A stretch of 64,000 nt of DNA, from positions 1,318-65,317 of the forward strand of contig JACCWD010000090.1 in assembly GCA_013697825.1 (NCBI GenBank), read 5' to 3'. This document shows, piece after piece, positions 46,468 to 58,997 of this stretch (the first letter of the stretch is position 1; each line of letters starts with the position of its first letter). A program made the translations under genes and the position numbers. The DNA comes from Rubrobacter sp. (GTDB taxonomy: Bacteria > Actinomycetota > Rubrobacteria > Rubrobacterales > Rubrobacteraceae). Below the pieces are notes generated by a model that had not been told where the DNA came from, made no database searches, and was given only the letters and a program-made list of their open reading frames with translations.

Positions 46468-47706
46468 TTATCCGCCGCCGAGCGCGCTCTTCACTTCGTC
46501 GCGGTTCTTGTCGAGCTTGTAGAAAGTCATGCTCGACTTCGCTTCCTTGTAAGGCTTCGCCCGGACTTTCGAGAGGTACTCGGCTTCGATCATGGCTCCG
46601 ATGACCTCGCCGATCTCATCGCGTGAAAGCTCGAGTTCGCCCCGGTCGTCGAGCTCGCGGATGGAGCCGAAGACCTCGACCATCGAAGCCGGCTGGCGAA
46701 GCGAACCGACGTTCTCGCATATCGTCCGAAGCTCGTACGGCGTGAGGTCTTCGAGGAGGTCGAAGCCGTCGGATGACGAGCCGCCGCCGTTTTGCGAGCG
46801 CTCCGGCTTTTCCTCTTTCTTTCCGGCGTTCGAGGAGCGTCCGTTCTTCGCCTCTTCCTTCGTCGGCTCCTTCGGCTCCTTCGGCTCCTCGGAGGCGAGG
46901 TCGGCGTCCGGAGTGTCCGGGGCTTCGGGAACCTTCTCGTCGGGAAGGTAAACCTGGAGTTCGAGGTCTTGATCCACGGTGTTCACCAAATTCCGCCGCT
47001 CGGCCTCGACGACGAAGTCCTTGAATTTCTTGAACCCCGCGTTCCGCTCGTCGAACGAACCCATCTGGACGATCATTTGCTGCTTCACCTGCCCGAGAAC
47101 CCGTGTGTTCCCGGCTTTTTTGAGTACTTCGACGGCGCGGACGAGTTCCTGGAACGGGTCGGCCTTCGGCTTCTTCGGCTCGCGGTCGCGCGCCCTCGCC
47201 TCCCTCTCTTCTTCGAGGAGCGAGGCGTACGATATGAAATGGTCCGCCGACTCGATGAGGTGGTACGAAGTCGCCTCCGACACCCCGATGACGACGACGT
47301 TCTTTCCCCGGCTCCGGAGCAAACTCACGAGCGGGATGAAGTCCCCGTCTCCCGTGACGAGGACGTATGTATCCACTTGCGGGTGGTTGTGGAGGAAGTC
47401 CGAGCATTCGACGGCGAGCATCACGTCTATGGAGTTTGTGCGCCGTTTTTGGGCGCGGCCTCCGGGAAAGTATCTCGCCGAGATGTATCGGGGCGAGATG
47501 CCGTTCGAGTAAAGAGTCGGCGGGGCGTTTCGGAAATCGCCCTCCGTCCAGTCCGCGTACGCGGTGGCGGAGACTATTCGCCCGTATTCGCGGGCTTTTT
47601 CGAGTATGGCCGACACATTCGGCTTCGAGCTATATTCGCTGACCGTGGAGATATATATGTTCTCCCAGTCTATGAAGATCGCGAGGTCTTCGGTGGTTGA
47701 TGGCAT
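46468..47706 (-). CDS. NYN (LabA-like) domain protein with OST-HTH/LOTUS-like regions
   Basis: N-terminus AIFIDWENIY..ATAYADW..VLVTGDGDFIPLV, followed by helical modules and an acidic/lysine-rich linker. Confidence 0.8.
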   Translation of the reverse strand: MPSTTEDLAIFIDWENIYISTVSEYSSKPNVSAILEKAREYGRIVSATAYADWTEGDFRNAPPTLYSNGISPRYISARYFPGGRAQKRRTNSIDVMLAVECSDFLHNHPQVDTYVLVTGDGDFIPLVSLLRSRGKNVVVIGVSEATSYHLIESADHFISYASLLEEEREARARDREPKKPKADPFQELVRAVEVLKKAGNTRVLGQVKQQMIVQMGSFDERNAGFKKFKDFVVEAERRNLVNTVDQDLELQVYLPDEKVPEAPDTPDADLASEEPKEPKEPTKEEAKNGRSSNAGKKEEKPERSQNGGGSSSDGFDLLEDLTPYELRTICENVGSLRQPASMVEVFGSIRELDDRGELELSRDEIGEVIGAMIEAEYLSKVRAKPYKEAKSSMTFYKLDKNRDEVKSALGGG

Positions 47707-48228
47707 GGTTATGTCCCTTACATGGTCGAAGAGGCGCCCCGATTATGACGGGACGCCTCTTTTGTGGTGTTCGTTCGGTCTGTGTGTTTATACATTGTAT
47801 CGGTCGGCGGAGCCGGATCGCGGTCTGCGAGAGCGGCTCGTCGTCGAGGACGGCCTCGACCCACAAAACCCGGTCGCCGCCGTCGAAGTACTCTTCCGGG
47901 AGGTCGAAGGAGGCGACGGCGGTGTACGGCTCGTCGGAGCCTTCGATCCACACTTCGTACTCCGGCGACTCCATCAATATTTCCCCGCCGTCGTCGGATA
48001 TGACGATGCGGGCGTTCCACTGGCGGTCGGTGGCGTGGTCGCACACCCCTCGAACTTCGCGTACGCCACGAAGGAGGTGCCGCCCTCCTTCGCCGGACGG
48101 ATCTCATCGAGGACGCCGAAGAGCGTGTGGCGACCGTCGAACTCCGTGCAGCTTTCCGCGAGGACGAGCGCGGTGCATTCGACCACGCCTTCGCAGAAAA
48201 TCTCGTCGTTCATGAAGTCGTCACCCAT
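47630..48228 (-). pseudogene. Hypothetical ORF translationally coupled to gyrA, frame-split at a G4 run
   Basis: The ATG at 48228 overlaps the gyrA stop (ATGGGTGA) with GGAGGA upstream. Frame A (..FVAYAKFEG) continues as frame B (VCDHATDRQWNARIV..) if one G is added to the run at 48046-48049. Confidence 0.45.
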
Positions 48229-51200
48229 TGAAATCTCCTCCGTTCTCGCTCGGCTCGAAGCCCTCCGGATCGAAGCCCGGCTCGGGCGGCCCGGCGGTGG
48301 TCGGCCCGGTCTCGTCCTCGCCGACGATGTCGTCGAGGGTGAGTTCATCGGTCGCCCCGTCCATCGAACCGACAGCCGCGTCGCGCGAGGAGACGACTTT
48401 GGCGAGCGCGCTCACCACGTCGCCTTCGCGGAGGTTCATAACGCGGACTCCCTGTGCGGTGCGCCCTTGCTGCGAGACGGACTCCGCGTCTATGCGGATC
48501 GTCGTCCCGAAGTTCGAGACGATGACGAGTTCGTGCGTGCCGGATTTGACGACTTGAACGCCGGCGAGCTTGCCGCGCTCCCCGTTCGTCTTCATGGCGA
48601 TGATGCCTTGCCCGCCGCGTCCCTGAATGCGGAACTGCGAGAGCGGGCTCCGCTTCCCGAAACCCTTCTCCGTCAGCATGAACAAGTCGGCGGCCTCGTC
48701 GGAGATGACATCCATCGAAAGCACGTCGTCGCCCTCGCGGAGCGTGATGCCCTTCACCCCGGCGGTCGCCCGGCCCATAGAGCGGGCGTCGTCCTGATCG
48801 AAGCGGATGCTCTTCCCGTCGCGGGTAACCATCACCACCGCGTCCCCGCTCGAGGTGTGGCGAACGTCTATGAGTTCATCCTCCTCGGCGAGGTTTATGG
48901 CGATGATGCCGTCGCTCTTCAATGGCGTGTTGTAATCCTCGAACTTCGTCTTCTTGACGATTCCCTTCCTCGTGGCGAAGGTGAGATGCTCGGCCTCGTC
49001 GAACTCCTTTGTGGCGACCACGGCGGCGATCCGCTCGTTCTGCGCGAGCGGGAGCATGTTCGCCACGTGCCGCCCCTTCGCCGTCCGGCTCATCCGCGGA
49101 AGCTGATGCACTTTCAGACGATAAACCTTTCCACGGTTCGTGAAGAAGAGCATGAAATGGTGGGTCGTCGTGATGAAGAGGTGCTCGATATAGTCGCCCT
49201 CTTTGAGATCCATGCCCGCTACCCCGACGCCGCCGCGGCCTTGCTTGCGGAACGAGTTCACCGGGACGCTCTTCAAATATCCGCCGTTCGAGATGGAGAT
49301 GACCATCTCCTCCTCGGCGATGAGATCCTCTATCTCGAAGTCCACGCCCTCTTCGGCGGTGATGACGGTGCGGCGCTCGTCGGCGTAGGCGGCCTTCACT
49401 TCGGCGAGTTCGTCCTTGATGATCCCGTACACGAGTCCGTCGTCGGCGAGAACGCTTTCGAGGTATTCGATCTTCTCCATGAGATCCCGGTGTTCCTGCT
49501 CGACCTTCCCCCTCTCCATCGCCGTGAGCCTTTGCAAACGAAGGTCGAGTATCGCCTGCGCCTGCCGCTCGGAGAGATCGAAGTTCTTCATGAGGTTCTT
49601 CCGGGCGGTCTCGGGGTTCTTCGACCGACGTATCGTCTCGACGACCTCATCCAAACTATTCAGCGCGATGAGGAGTCCTTCGAGGATGTGCGCCCTCGCC
49701 TGCGCCCGGTCGAGTTCGTACTTCGTCCTCCGCGTAACGACCTCGAACTGGTGGGCGACATAGTGCTTCAACGCCTCCATGTACGAGAGGGTCTTCGGGA
49801 CACCGTCCACGAGGGCGACCATGTTCACGCCGAAACTTTGCTGCATTTGGGTGTGCTTGTACAAATTGTTGAGGACGACCTTCGGGATGGCGTCCTTCTT
49901 CAACTCGATGACGATCCGCATCCCGTTCCGGTCGGACTCGTCGCGGAGATCGGAGATGCCGTCGAGCTTCCGCAGCTTCACAAGCTCGGCTATCTTTTGG
50001 AGGAGATAGCTTTTGTTGACCTGGTACGGGATCTCCGTGACGACGATTTGCGTCCGGTTCCCCCGCATTTGCTCGGTGTGGGCCTTCGCCTGAACGCGGA
50101 TGGAGCCTCGCCCGGTGGCGATCGCGCTCTTTATCCCCGAAAGACCGACGATCGCGCCGCCCGTCGGGAAGTCCGGCCCCTTTATGTGCTTGGCAAGGTC
50201 GGCGTCGTCCATATCCGGGTCGTCAATGAGCGCGGTCGTCGCATCCACGACCTCGGAGAGGTTGTGAGGCGGGATCTTCGTCGCCATACCGACCGCGATG
50301 CCGTCCGATCCGTTCACGAGCAAATTCGGGAACCTCGACGGAAGCACGACCGGCTCCCTCTGACTCTCGTCGAAGTTCGGAGCGAAGTCCACCGTGTCGG
50401 CGTTTATGTCCCGGAGCATCTCCGTCGCCATACGAGTCATACGGGCTTCGGTGTTGTGGCTGACGAATCCGTTTGTGATAAACGAATGGTCTTCGGAATC
50501 CACCCGGATCGAATACACCGGACGAACCCCCGCCTCCTCGACGGACTCGACTTCGGCGTAATAATAGCCGGAGGAAACGATCGGCTCGACGACCGAGCGA
50601 ACTTCCTCGGACTCGATGCGGTCGAGTATCGCTGTTCCACGCTGTTCCCACCGCTCGACGCGATCCACGTTGTTGTGGGTCAGCCAATGCCGAGGCTTTG
50701 AAGAGAGATAGTCGGTACGAATATAGTCGGCAAGATAAGGTATACGGTCTTTACTCAAACCCGCTTTGGTTTTCAATGGCATGACGGCAAGCGTCGCCGC
50801 CAGTTTCTTCTGCTTCGTGCAAAGGAAGCCTATGCGCTTAGAGAAAACCAGCGCGTCCCGGCGGTTGCTTATTACGACTTTGATCTCGCCGTGCCCGTAT
50901 CGAACTTGACGAGACACGATGCCGAACTCAAGGAGCATTTGTTGAACATCTTTGGCAAGCTGTACGCTTCGCGTCGAATACGAAACTTGAATGCTGTTCC
51001 GGGGGAGGACAGAAAATGAGCCATCCCCTTCGAAGAGTGCTTGCATGAACGCACGCTTGCAATCGGCTTTCGCACGCCAAATGAAGGACGGAACTCGCTT
51101 TTCGGCGCTGGCTGCTCCAAGCAGTTCTTTAAGCGGGCTATCGGCAAATTTACTATGCGCTGCGGTCGCCTTGTAAAGCGTCTTACCAGAGGGTATCGGC

Positions 51201-52081
51201 TCCTGAATTACCTTCCGGAGTTTTCCCACAGAATCTTCGTAAGCCGCCTTCACGATATCGAAATACGACTTGACAGAGTTGGCGAAACAAGCCTGTCTTC
51301 TGCCCGTCATCGCCCCCTCTGCTACCAACCCTCCGGCGGCTATCGCCTCCGACAATTCTTTGGTGCTTGACTCGCCGTCGTTCGGATCGCTGCTCGGACG
51401 GGAGAGCGCAACATAATCCCCCGGCTTGATTTCCTCCAAGAGCTTCCATAGAAGCACAGGCACACCCAAAACGTTGGCCAAACAAAGAACCGGATGGTTG
51501 TATGTACCCGTCGTCTCGTACCCCTCGACGGTTTGGAGCTTCAACGTTGGATGGTCACCGCTATGAAAGAGCTTGGAAGCGTGGACACGCTTGCCGCTAC
51601 GATCATAAACTTGCTCGTCTATGTCAACGGTGGTATCCGGCTCGGAATACGCGATTTCGGATATAGGGAGAGTGCCACGCGCCGTCCTGACAAGGGTGTC
51701 CCCAACTTGGCAGTATCTCATTGCGGCAGCCGAGTCCCCGTCCACGGAACCGAAGTTTCCTTGTCCGTCGACGAGCTTGTAGCGCATCGACCACGGCTGC
51801 GCGAGGCGAACCATCGTGTCGTACACCGAGGCGTCGCCGTGCGGGTGGTATTTACCGAGGACTTCACCGACGACGGTGGCGCTCTTCCGGTATGGCCGGT
51901 TCGGCTGAAGGCCGATGTCGTTCATCGCATAGAGAACCCGGCGATGCACCGGTTTCAAACCGTCCCGCACGTCGGGGAGGGCGCGGGAGACGATCACGCT
52001 CATCGCGTACGAGAGGAAGGAGTCTTTTATCTCGTCCTCTATGGAGTGCGGCTGTATGTTCCCTGCGAAAGAATCAAGCAT
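48221..52081 (-). CDS. gyrA: DNA gyrase subunit A (intein-containing precursor)
   Basis: LPDVRDGLKPVHRRVLY, GKYHPHGD and the AAMRY catalytic Tyr, then the intein, then TEARMTR.. and the beta-pinwheel CTD. 1286 aa. Confidence 0.97.
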   Translation of the reverse strand: MLDSFAGNIQPHSIEDEIKDSFLSYAMSVIVSRALPDVRDGLKPVHRRVLYAMNDIGLQPNRPYRKSATVVGEVLGKYHPHGDASVYDTMVRLAQPWSMRYKLVDGQGNFGSVDGDSAAAMRYCQVGDTLVRTARGTLPISEIAYSEPDTTVDIDEQVYDRSGKRVHASKLFHSGDHPTLKLQTVEGYETTGTYNHPVLCLANVLGVPVLLWKLLEEIKPGDYVALSRPSSDPNDGESSTKELSEAIAAGGLVAEGAMTGRRQACFANSVKSYFDIVKAAYEDSVGKLRKVIQEPIPSGKTLYKATAAHSKFADSPLKELLGAASAEKRVPSFIWRAKADCKRAFMQALFEGDGSFSVLPRNSIQVSYSTRSVQLAKDVQQMLLEFGIVSRQVRYGHGEIKVVISNRRDALVFSKRIGFLCTKQKKLAATLAVMPLKTKAGLSKDRIPYLADYIRTDYLSSKPRHWLTHNNVDRVERWEQRGTAILDRIESEEVRSVVEPIVSSGYYYAEVESVEEAGVRPVYSIRVDSEDHSFITNGFVSHNTEARMTRMATEMLRDINADTVDFAPNFDESQREPVVLPSRFPNLLVNGSDGIAVGMATKIPPHNLSEVVDATTALIDDPDMDDADLAKHIKGPDFPTGGAIVGLSGIKSAIATGRGSIRVQAKAHTEQMRGNRTQIVVTEIPYQVNKSYLLQKIAELVKLRKLDGISDLRDESDRNGMRIVIELKKDAIPKVVLNNLYKHTQMQQSFGVNMVALVDGVPKTLSYMEALKHYVAHQFEVVTRRTKYELDRAQARAHILEGLLIALNSLDEVVETIRRSKNPETARKNLMKNFDLSERQAQAILDLRLQRLTAMERGKVEQEHRDLMEKIEYLESVLADDGLVYGIIKDELAEVKAAYADERRTVITAEEGVDFEIEDLIAEEEMVISISNGGYLKSVPVNSFRKQGRGGVGVAGMDLKEGDYIEHLFITTTHHFMLFFTNRGKVYRLKVHQLPRMSRTAKGRHVANMLPLAQNERIAAVVATKEFDEAEHLTFATRKGIVKKTKFEDYNTPLKSDGIIAINLAEEDELIDVRHTSSGDAVVMVTRDGKSIRFDQDDARSMGRATAGVKGITLREGDDVLSMDVISDEAADLFMLTEKGFGKRSPLSQFRIQGRGGQGIIAMKTNGERGKLAGVQVVKSGTHELVIVSNFGTTIRIDAESVSQQGRTAQGVRVMNLREGDVVSALAKVVSSRDAAVGSMDGATDELTLDDIVGEDETGPTTAGPPEPGFDPEGFEPSENGGDFNG
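50453..51712 (-). mobile_element. GyrA intein (420 aa) with LAGLIDADG homing endonuclease
   Basis: It starts with Cys directly after AAMRY (CQVGDTLV) and has a TxxH block (TGTYNHP). LAGLIDADG-like motifs are GGLVAEGAM and ALFEGDGSF. It ends ..GFVSHN before TEAR, and its central DNA is visibly lower in GC. Confidence 0.9.
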
Positions 52082-52157
52082 CTCTGTTTCCCGTGTTCCG
52101 TGTTATGTCGTTTTTTGCTTTCAGATGTTCCTCCCCCGTAAAACCTCTTTCGCGCCG

Positions 52158-55418
<3,261 letters not shown>

Positions 55419-55556
55419 TCATCTCATGGGTGGAGTTGCGGAAACCGTTGTCGTCTATGTTTTCGTAAACGAAGTTTCGCACCCGAAGATTGTAACACAT
55501 CTTGTAGTCTTTCCCAACCCCCGGCTCTCGGCGTTTGCGGCTTAAATAAGCCTTTT

Positions 55557-56693
55557 TCAGCCGACCCCCGCATCCCCCACACCACCGCTTGTAGTGTCGG
55601 AGATTGTACCACCAGATATGCGTATGACCCTCGCCCGCCCGAGCACCCCTTCCTCAAAGTACTCGAGGTTCGTCGTCGAGACGATGGCCTGCGCGCTTTC
55701 GAGGAAATACTCCGCGAGATAGTCCCGGCGGCGTTCATCGAGTTCGCTCATAACGTCGTCCATGAGGAGGATCGGATCCTCCCCCGTCTCGCTCCGCACG
55801 TGATCCCTCGCCGCGAATTTCAAGGCGAGCGTCGCAAGTCTTTGCTGCCCCTGCGAGCCGTACACGTTCAAGTCCACCCCGTCGAGCGAGACCTCGAAGT
55901 CGTCTCGGTGCGGCCCGACGGAGGTGGTGCCGCGCTCGACGTCGGCGCTGTGCGCGTTTTTAAGGGCTTCGGAATAATCGTCCGGTGTCGCGCTATACGA
56001 ATAGGCGACCGCGGCCTTCTCAGGGCCGTACAACGCCCTCATGGAGCTTTTGAAGTTCTCGTCGAGGGGACGAATCGCCGTCGCCCGGCCTTCGAGAAGT
56101 GTCGTGCCGAGTTCCACGACCTTACGATCCCACGTTTCGAGGGTCTTTCCGGAGGAGAACCCGTCCCGGATTCGACGGAGGAGCTGGTTGCGTTGCTGAA
56201 CGGCTTTCGCGTACTCGCCGACGGCCCTCGCATACGACGGTCGGAGCGACGAAAGGAGCGCGTCGAGGAACTCGCGCCGATCCGAGGGCGCTCCCTTCAC
56301 GATGCGGATGTCGTCGGGAAAGAATGTGACGACCCTCGCCCCCGCCCCCCCGGCGGCATAGTCGGCGAGCGACTTCGCCGAGGCCCCGTCCACGGTGAGC
56401 CGCTTCTTTTGCCCCGGCGCATACCCGACCGCGACGGAGCGTTCGCCGCCATCGCCTCCGAGGGCGACACGGCCTTCGACGCGGGTGAAGTCCTGGCTCC
56501 ACCGGACGGTCTCCGCGTCGGTGGAGGTTCGAGGTGAAGAGCCGGTCAAAGCGAAGGAGATGCCTTCGAGGAGGTTCGTCTTTCCCTGCGCGTTCTCGCC
56601 GACGGCGATGTTCAGGCCTGGGGTGAAGAGGGCGGCCGCGTCGGCGTAGCTCCGAAAGTTGACCATGCGGAGTGCGCGGACATGGGGGGTCAT
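55557..56693 (-). CDS. recF: DNA replication and repair protein RecF
   Basis: N-terminus MTPHVRALRMVNFRSY, Walker A GENAQGKTNLLE, signature GSQGQQR, and Walker B LLMDDVMSELD. The longer ORF upstream covers a repeat element. Confidence 0.9.
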   Translation of the reverse strand: MTPHVRALRMVNFRSYADAAALFTPGLNIAVGENAQGKTNLLEGISFALTGSSPRTSTDAETVRWSQDFTRVEGRVALGGDGGERSVAVGYAPGQKKRLTVDGASAKSLADYAAGGAGARVVTFFPDDIRIVKGAPSDRREFLDALLSSLRPSYARAVGEYAKAVQQRNQLLRRIRDGFSSGKTLETWDRKVVELGTTLLEGRATAIRPLDENFKSSMRALYGPEKAAVAYSYSATPDDYSEALKNAHSADVERGTTSVGPHRDDFEVSLDGVDLNVYGSQGQQRLATLALKFAARDHVRSETGEDPILLMDDVMSELDERRRDYLAEYFLESAQAIVSTTNLEYFEEGVLGRARVIRISGGTISDTTSGGVGDAGVG

Positions 56694-56694
56694 G

Positions 56695-56915
56695 GGTCGC
56701 TCCCTCCGGACTTGAAAACCGGGAGTCGGGTCGCTCTCGACCGTCTCTTTTGGGTCACCTTCGTATCCCCGCCCGAGAACCCCTCGCCGGACTCGAACGA
56801 TGCGTCGGCGGGCGCGGGCATCGCCTCGTGTATTTCCCGACTCCCGAAGCGAGTGGAGGCCGAGGAGGAGCGACGCGACCTCCCGACTCCCGACTCCCGG
56901 CGAGCGACAGCGAGC
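56695..56915. repeat. Heptamer-array inverted-repeat element, ~220-bp form (GGGAGTC words)
   Basis: GGGTCGCTCCC.., AAAACCGGGAGTCGGGTCGCTCTCGAC, ... CGTGTATTTCCCGACTCCCGAAGCG .. CCTCCCGACTCCCGACTCCCGG. It fills the yaaA-recF gap exactly. Confidence 0.7.
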
Positions 56916-56916
56916 A

Positions 56917-57120
56917 TCACTCCACCTCCACCCTCTCGCCCCCCACCTCGACGACGTCGCCGGACTCGAGCTTCCGTCCACGCCGCGTCTCGACCTCGCC
57001 GTTCACCGTGACTTCGCCGAACTGGACGAGGATTTTCGCCTCGCCGCCCGTCCCGGCGACGCCGGAGGCTTTTAGAGCTTGGCCGAGGGTCGTGCCGGGG
57101 GGGACGGATGGGGCTTCCAA
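56917..57120 (-). CDS. yaaA: S4-domain RNA-binding protein YaaA
   Basis: 67 aa. The pattern TLGQALKASGVAGTGGEAKILVQFGEVTVNGEVETRRGRKLESGDVV and the dnaN-recF position are typical of YaaA. Confidence 0.75.
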   Translation of the reverse strand: MEAPSVPPGTTLGQALKASGVAGTGGEAKILVQFGEVTVNGEVETRRGRKLESGDVVEVGGERVEVE

Positions 57121-57127
57121 AACGCGC

Positions 57128-58282
57128 CTAGCTTTGCGACGGGTCGCGCATCGGCATGATGAGGTACAGGAAGTCCGGCTCGCTGTCGTCGTCGGCGTCC
57201 CCCCCGTCCCCTTCGCCGTTCGGGACGATGATGCACGGCTTCAGCGGCTCGTTGCATTTGAAGACGACCTTCTCAGAATCGAGCGCCGAAACGCCGTCGA
57301 GCAAATAGCCGGGGTTGAAGGAGATGAGGAAATCGTCCTCGCTCGACGATGGGAGCTTCTCGTGGGCCTCGCCGATTTCCTGGCTGCGGACGATCACCTC
57401 GACCGACCCCTCGGAGAACGAGAGGCTGACCGGGACCGGAGGCGTTTGTCTTTGGGCGAAGAGGTTCACCCGGCGGAGGGTGCCGATCAAACTCTCCCGG
57501 TCAACGGATATCTTCCGCTCGAACGAGGTCGGAAGGAGCCTTCGGTACTCGGGGAAGTTCCCGTCGATGAGCCGGGTGCCGAAGAGGACGTCGCCGATGC
57601 GGAACAAAGCCTGGTTCTCGGAGAGATCCACTTCGATCTGCTCGTCGTCGGAGGCGGCGAAGATGCGTCCAACTTCCTGCATCGCCCTCGCCGGGATGAT
57701 CGCCTCCCGATTCCCGTCGAAGGTAGTCGCGAGCTCCGTCTCTTTTATGGAGAGCCGGTACGAGTCGGTCGTGACCATCCGCACCCGATTGTCCTCGAAG
57801 CTGATGAGAATGCCGGTGAGGACGGGCCGCGTCTCGTCCCGAGAGTACGACCGGGAAACTTTCTCCACGGTGTCCACGAGCGCATCGCCCGTCATTTTGA
57901 ACGCCCGATCCTCGCCGAACTCCGGAAGCTGCGGAAAGTCCTCCGCCGCATACGACCGAATACGGTACTCGTTCTCCCCCGCCGCGAGCCGAACCGTCCC
58001 CGTCGAGCCGTCGTACTCCAAAGTGAGTTGCCCGCTCGGGAGCGAGCGTACGATGTCGTTGAAGATGCGGGCCGGGATCACGACCTTCCCGTCCTCCTCG
58101 ACCTCCGCCGGGGATGACGTTCGGACGGAGATCTCCATGTCCGTCGCGGAGAGTTTCACCGCCTCGGTTCCGGCCTCGACGAGGATGCCCCCGAGGAGCT
58201 GGATCGTGGATCGAGTCGAGACTCCCCTCGACACCTGCGCGAGCTTTCTGCTGAAGATGTCAGTGTTGCAAACTACCCTCAT
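57128..58282 (-). CDS. dnaN: DNA polymerase III beta sliding clamp
   Basis: 384 aa directly downstream of oriC/dnaA. Three-domain clamp pattern (LSATDMEISV.., ..MVTTDSYRLS.., ..LIMPMR). Confidence 0.95.
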   Translation of the reverse strand: MRVVCNTDIFSRKLAQVSRGVSTRSTIQLLGGILVEAGTEAVKLSATDMEISVRTSSPAEVEEDGKVVIPARIFNDIVRSLPSGQLTLEYDGSTGTVRLAAGENEYRIRSYAAEDFPQLPEFGEDRAFKMTGDALVDTVEKVSRSYSRDETRPVLTGILISFEDNRVRMVTTDSYRLSIKETELATTFDGNREAIIPARAMQEVGRIFAASDDEQIEVDLSENQALFRIGDVLFGTRLIDGNFPEYRRLLPTSFERKISVDRESLIGTLRRVNLFAQRQTPPVPVSLSFSEGSVEVIVRSQEIGEAHEKLPSSSEDDFLISFNPGYLLDGVSALDSEKVVFKCNEPLKPCIIVPNGEGDGGDADDDSEPDFLYLIMPMRDPSQS

Positions 58283-58298
58283 GCCGCCTCCTTTATCG

Positions 58299-58723
58299 CC
58301 TTATTATTATTAACTAACCATATATGTATTAGAACAATAATAATAATAAGGGCTGTGGATAAGTGGATAACTCAAACGATACCCTTTATTTAAGCCGAAA
58401 ACTAGCCGTCGCGCCTGTGGACAAAAATGTGGATAAGTAGCAAAACCCTGTGGATAGATTGTGGATAACTACCCCACTTATCCACAGGCGCGAGTTATCC
58501 ACAATTTTGTCCACAACTTTATCCACAGATTTTACCCCTCTTATCCACAACTTTATCCACAGGCAAATTAGCCATGTATGCTCTTTCTTAACATTTACGC
58601 CCGGAGTTATCCACAGAAACGGAGAGTTATCCACAGAAACTGTGGATAAACGGAAACTTCTGTGGATAAGGTATTTCGGTTATCCACAGGCAAAGTCTAA
58701 ACCTGTGGACAGGGTGTGGATAA
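58299..58723. other. oriC: AT-rich unwinding stretch plus DnaA-box cluster
   Basis: 58299-58350 is almost pure A/T (TTATTATTATTAACTAACCATATATGTATTAGAACAATAATAATAATAA). 58354-58723 holds about 19 DnaA boxes, roughly 14 of them a perfect TTATCCACA/TGTGGATAA in both orientations. Confidence 0.9.
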
Positions 58724-58997
58724 CTTTCGATTTGTATGTCTCGGATTTGTTACAAAGTAGTTCCCCTTAGGGGGAGGGGATTCAAGAGCGTCGGGGCCGC
58801 ATATGACTTGCTGGCGACGTTGTTTTCGAGGCTTGGATCCGCGATGGTTTACGCTAGATTCGGTCGAAGAATTTCGGGCGTCGCGAAGCGTGTCGCGGAT
58901 GCCATTCCACGGCCCGATCCGCAACACAGTTCGCCATTCGCGGCGCCTCGAAACGGCTTTGGTTTTCGGTGGTCGGGGGAGGCGGGGTTTTGTGGTT

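Noticed and set aside
55557-56981. 474-aa extended recF ORF. The extended ORFs 28267..29244, 36588..37403, 43340..44428 and 15057..16841 are similar cases.
   Set aside because: The extensions run through the intergenic heptamer-array elements and into neighbouring genes. The conserved N-termini begin at internal starts.
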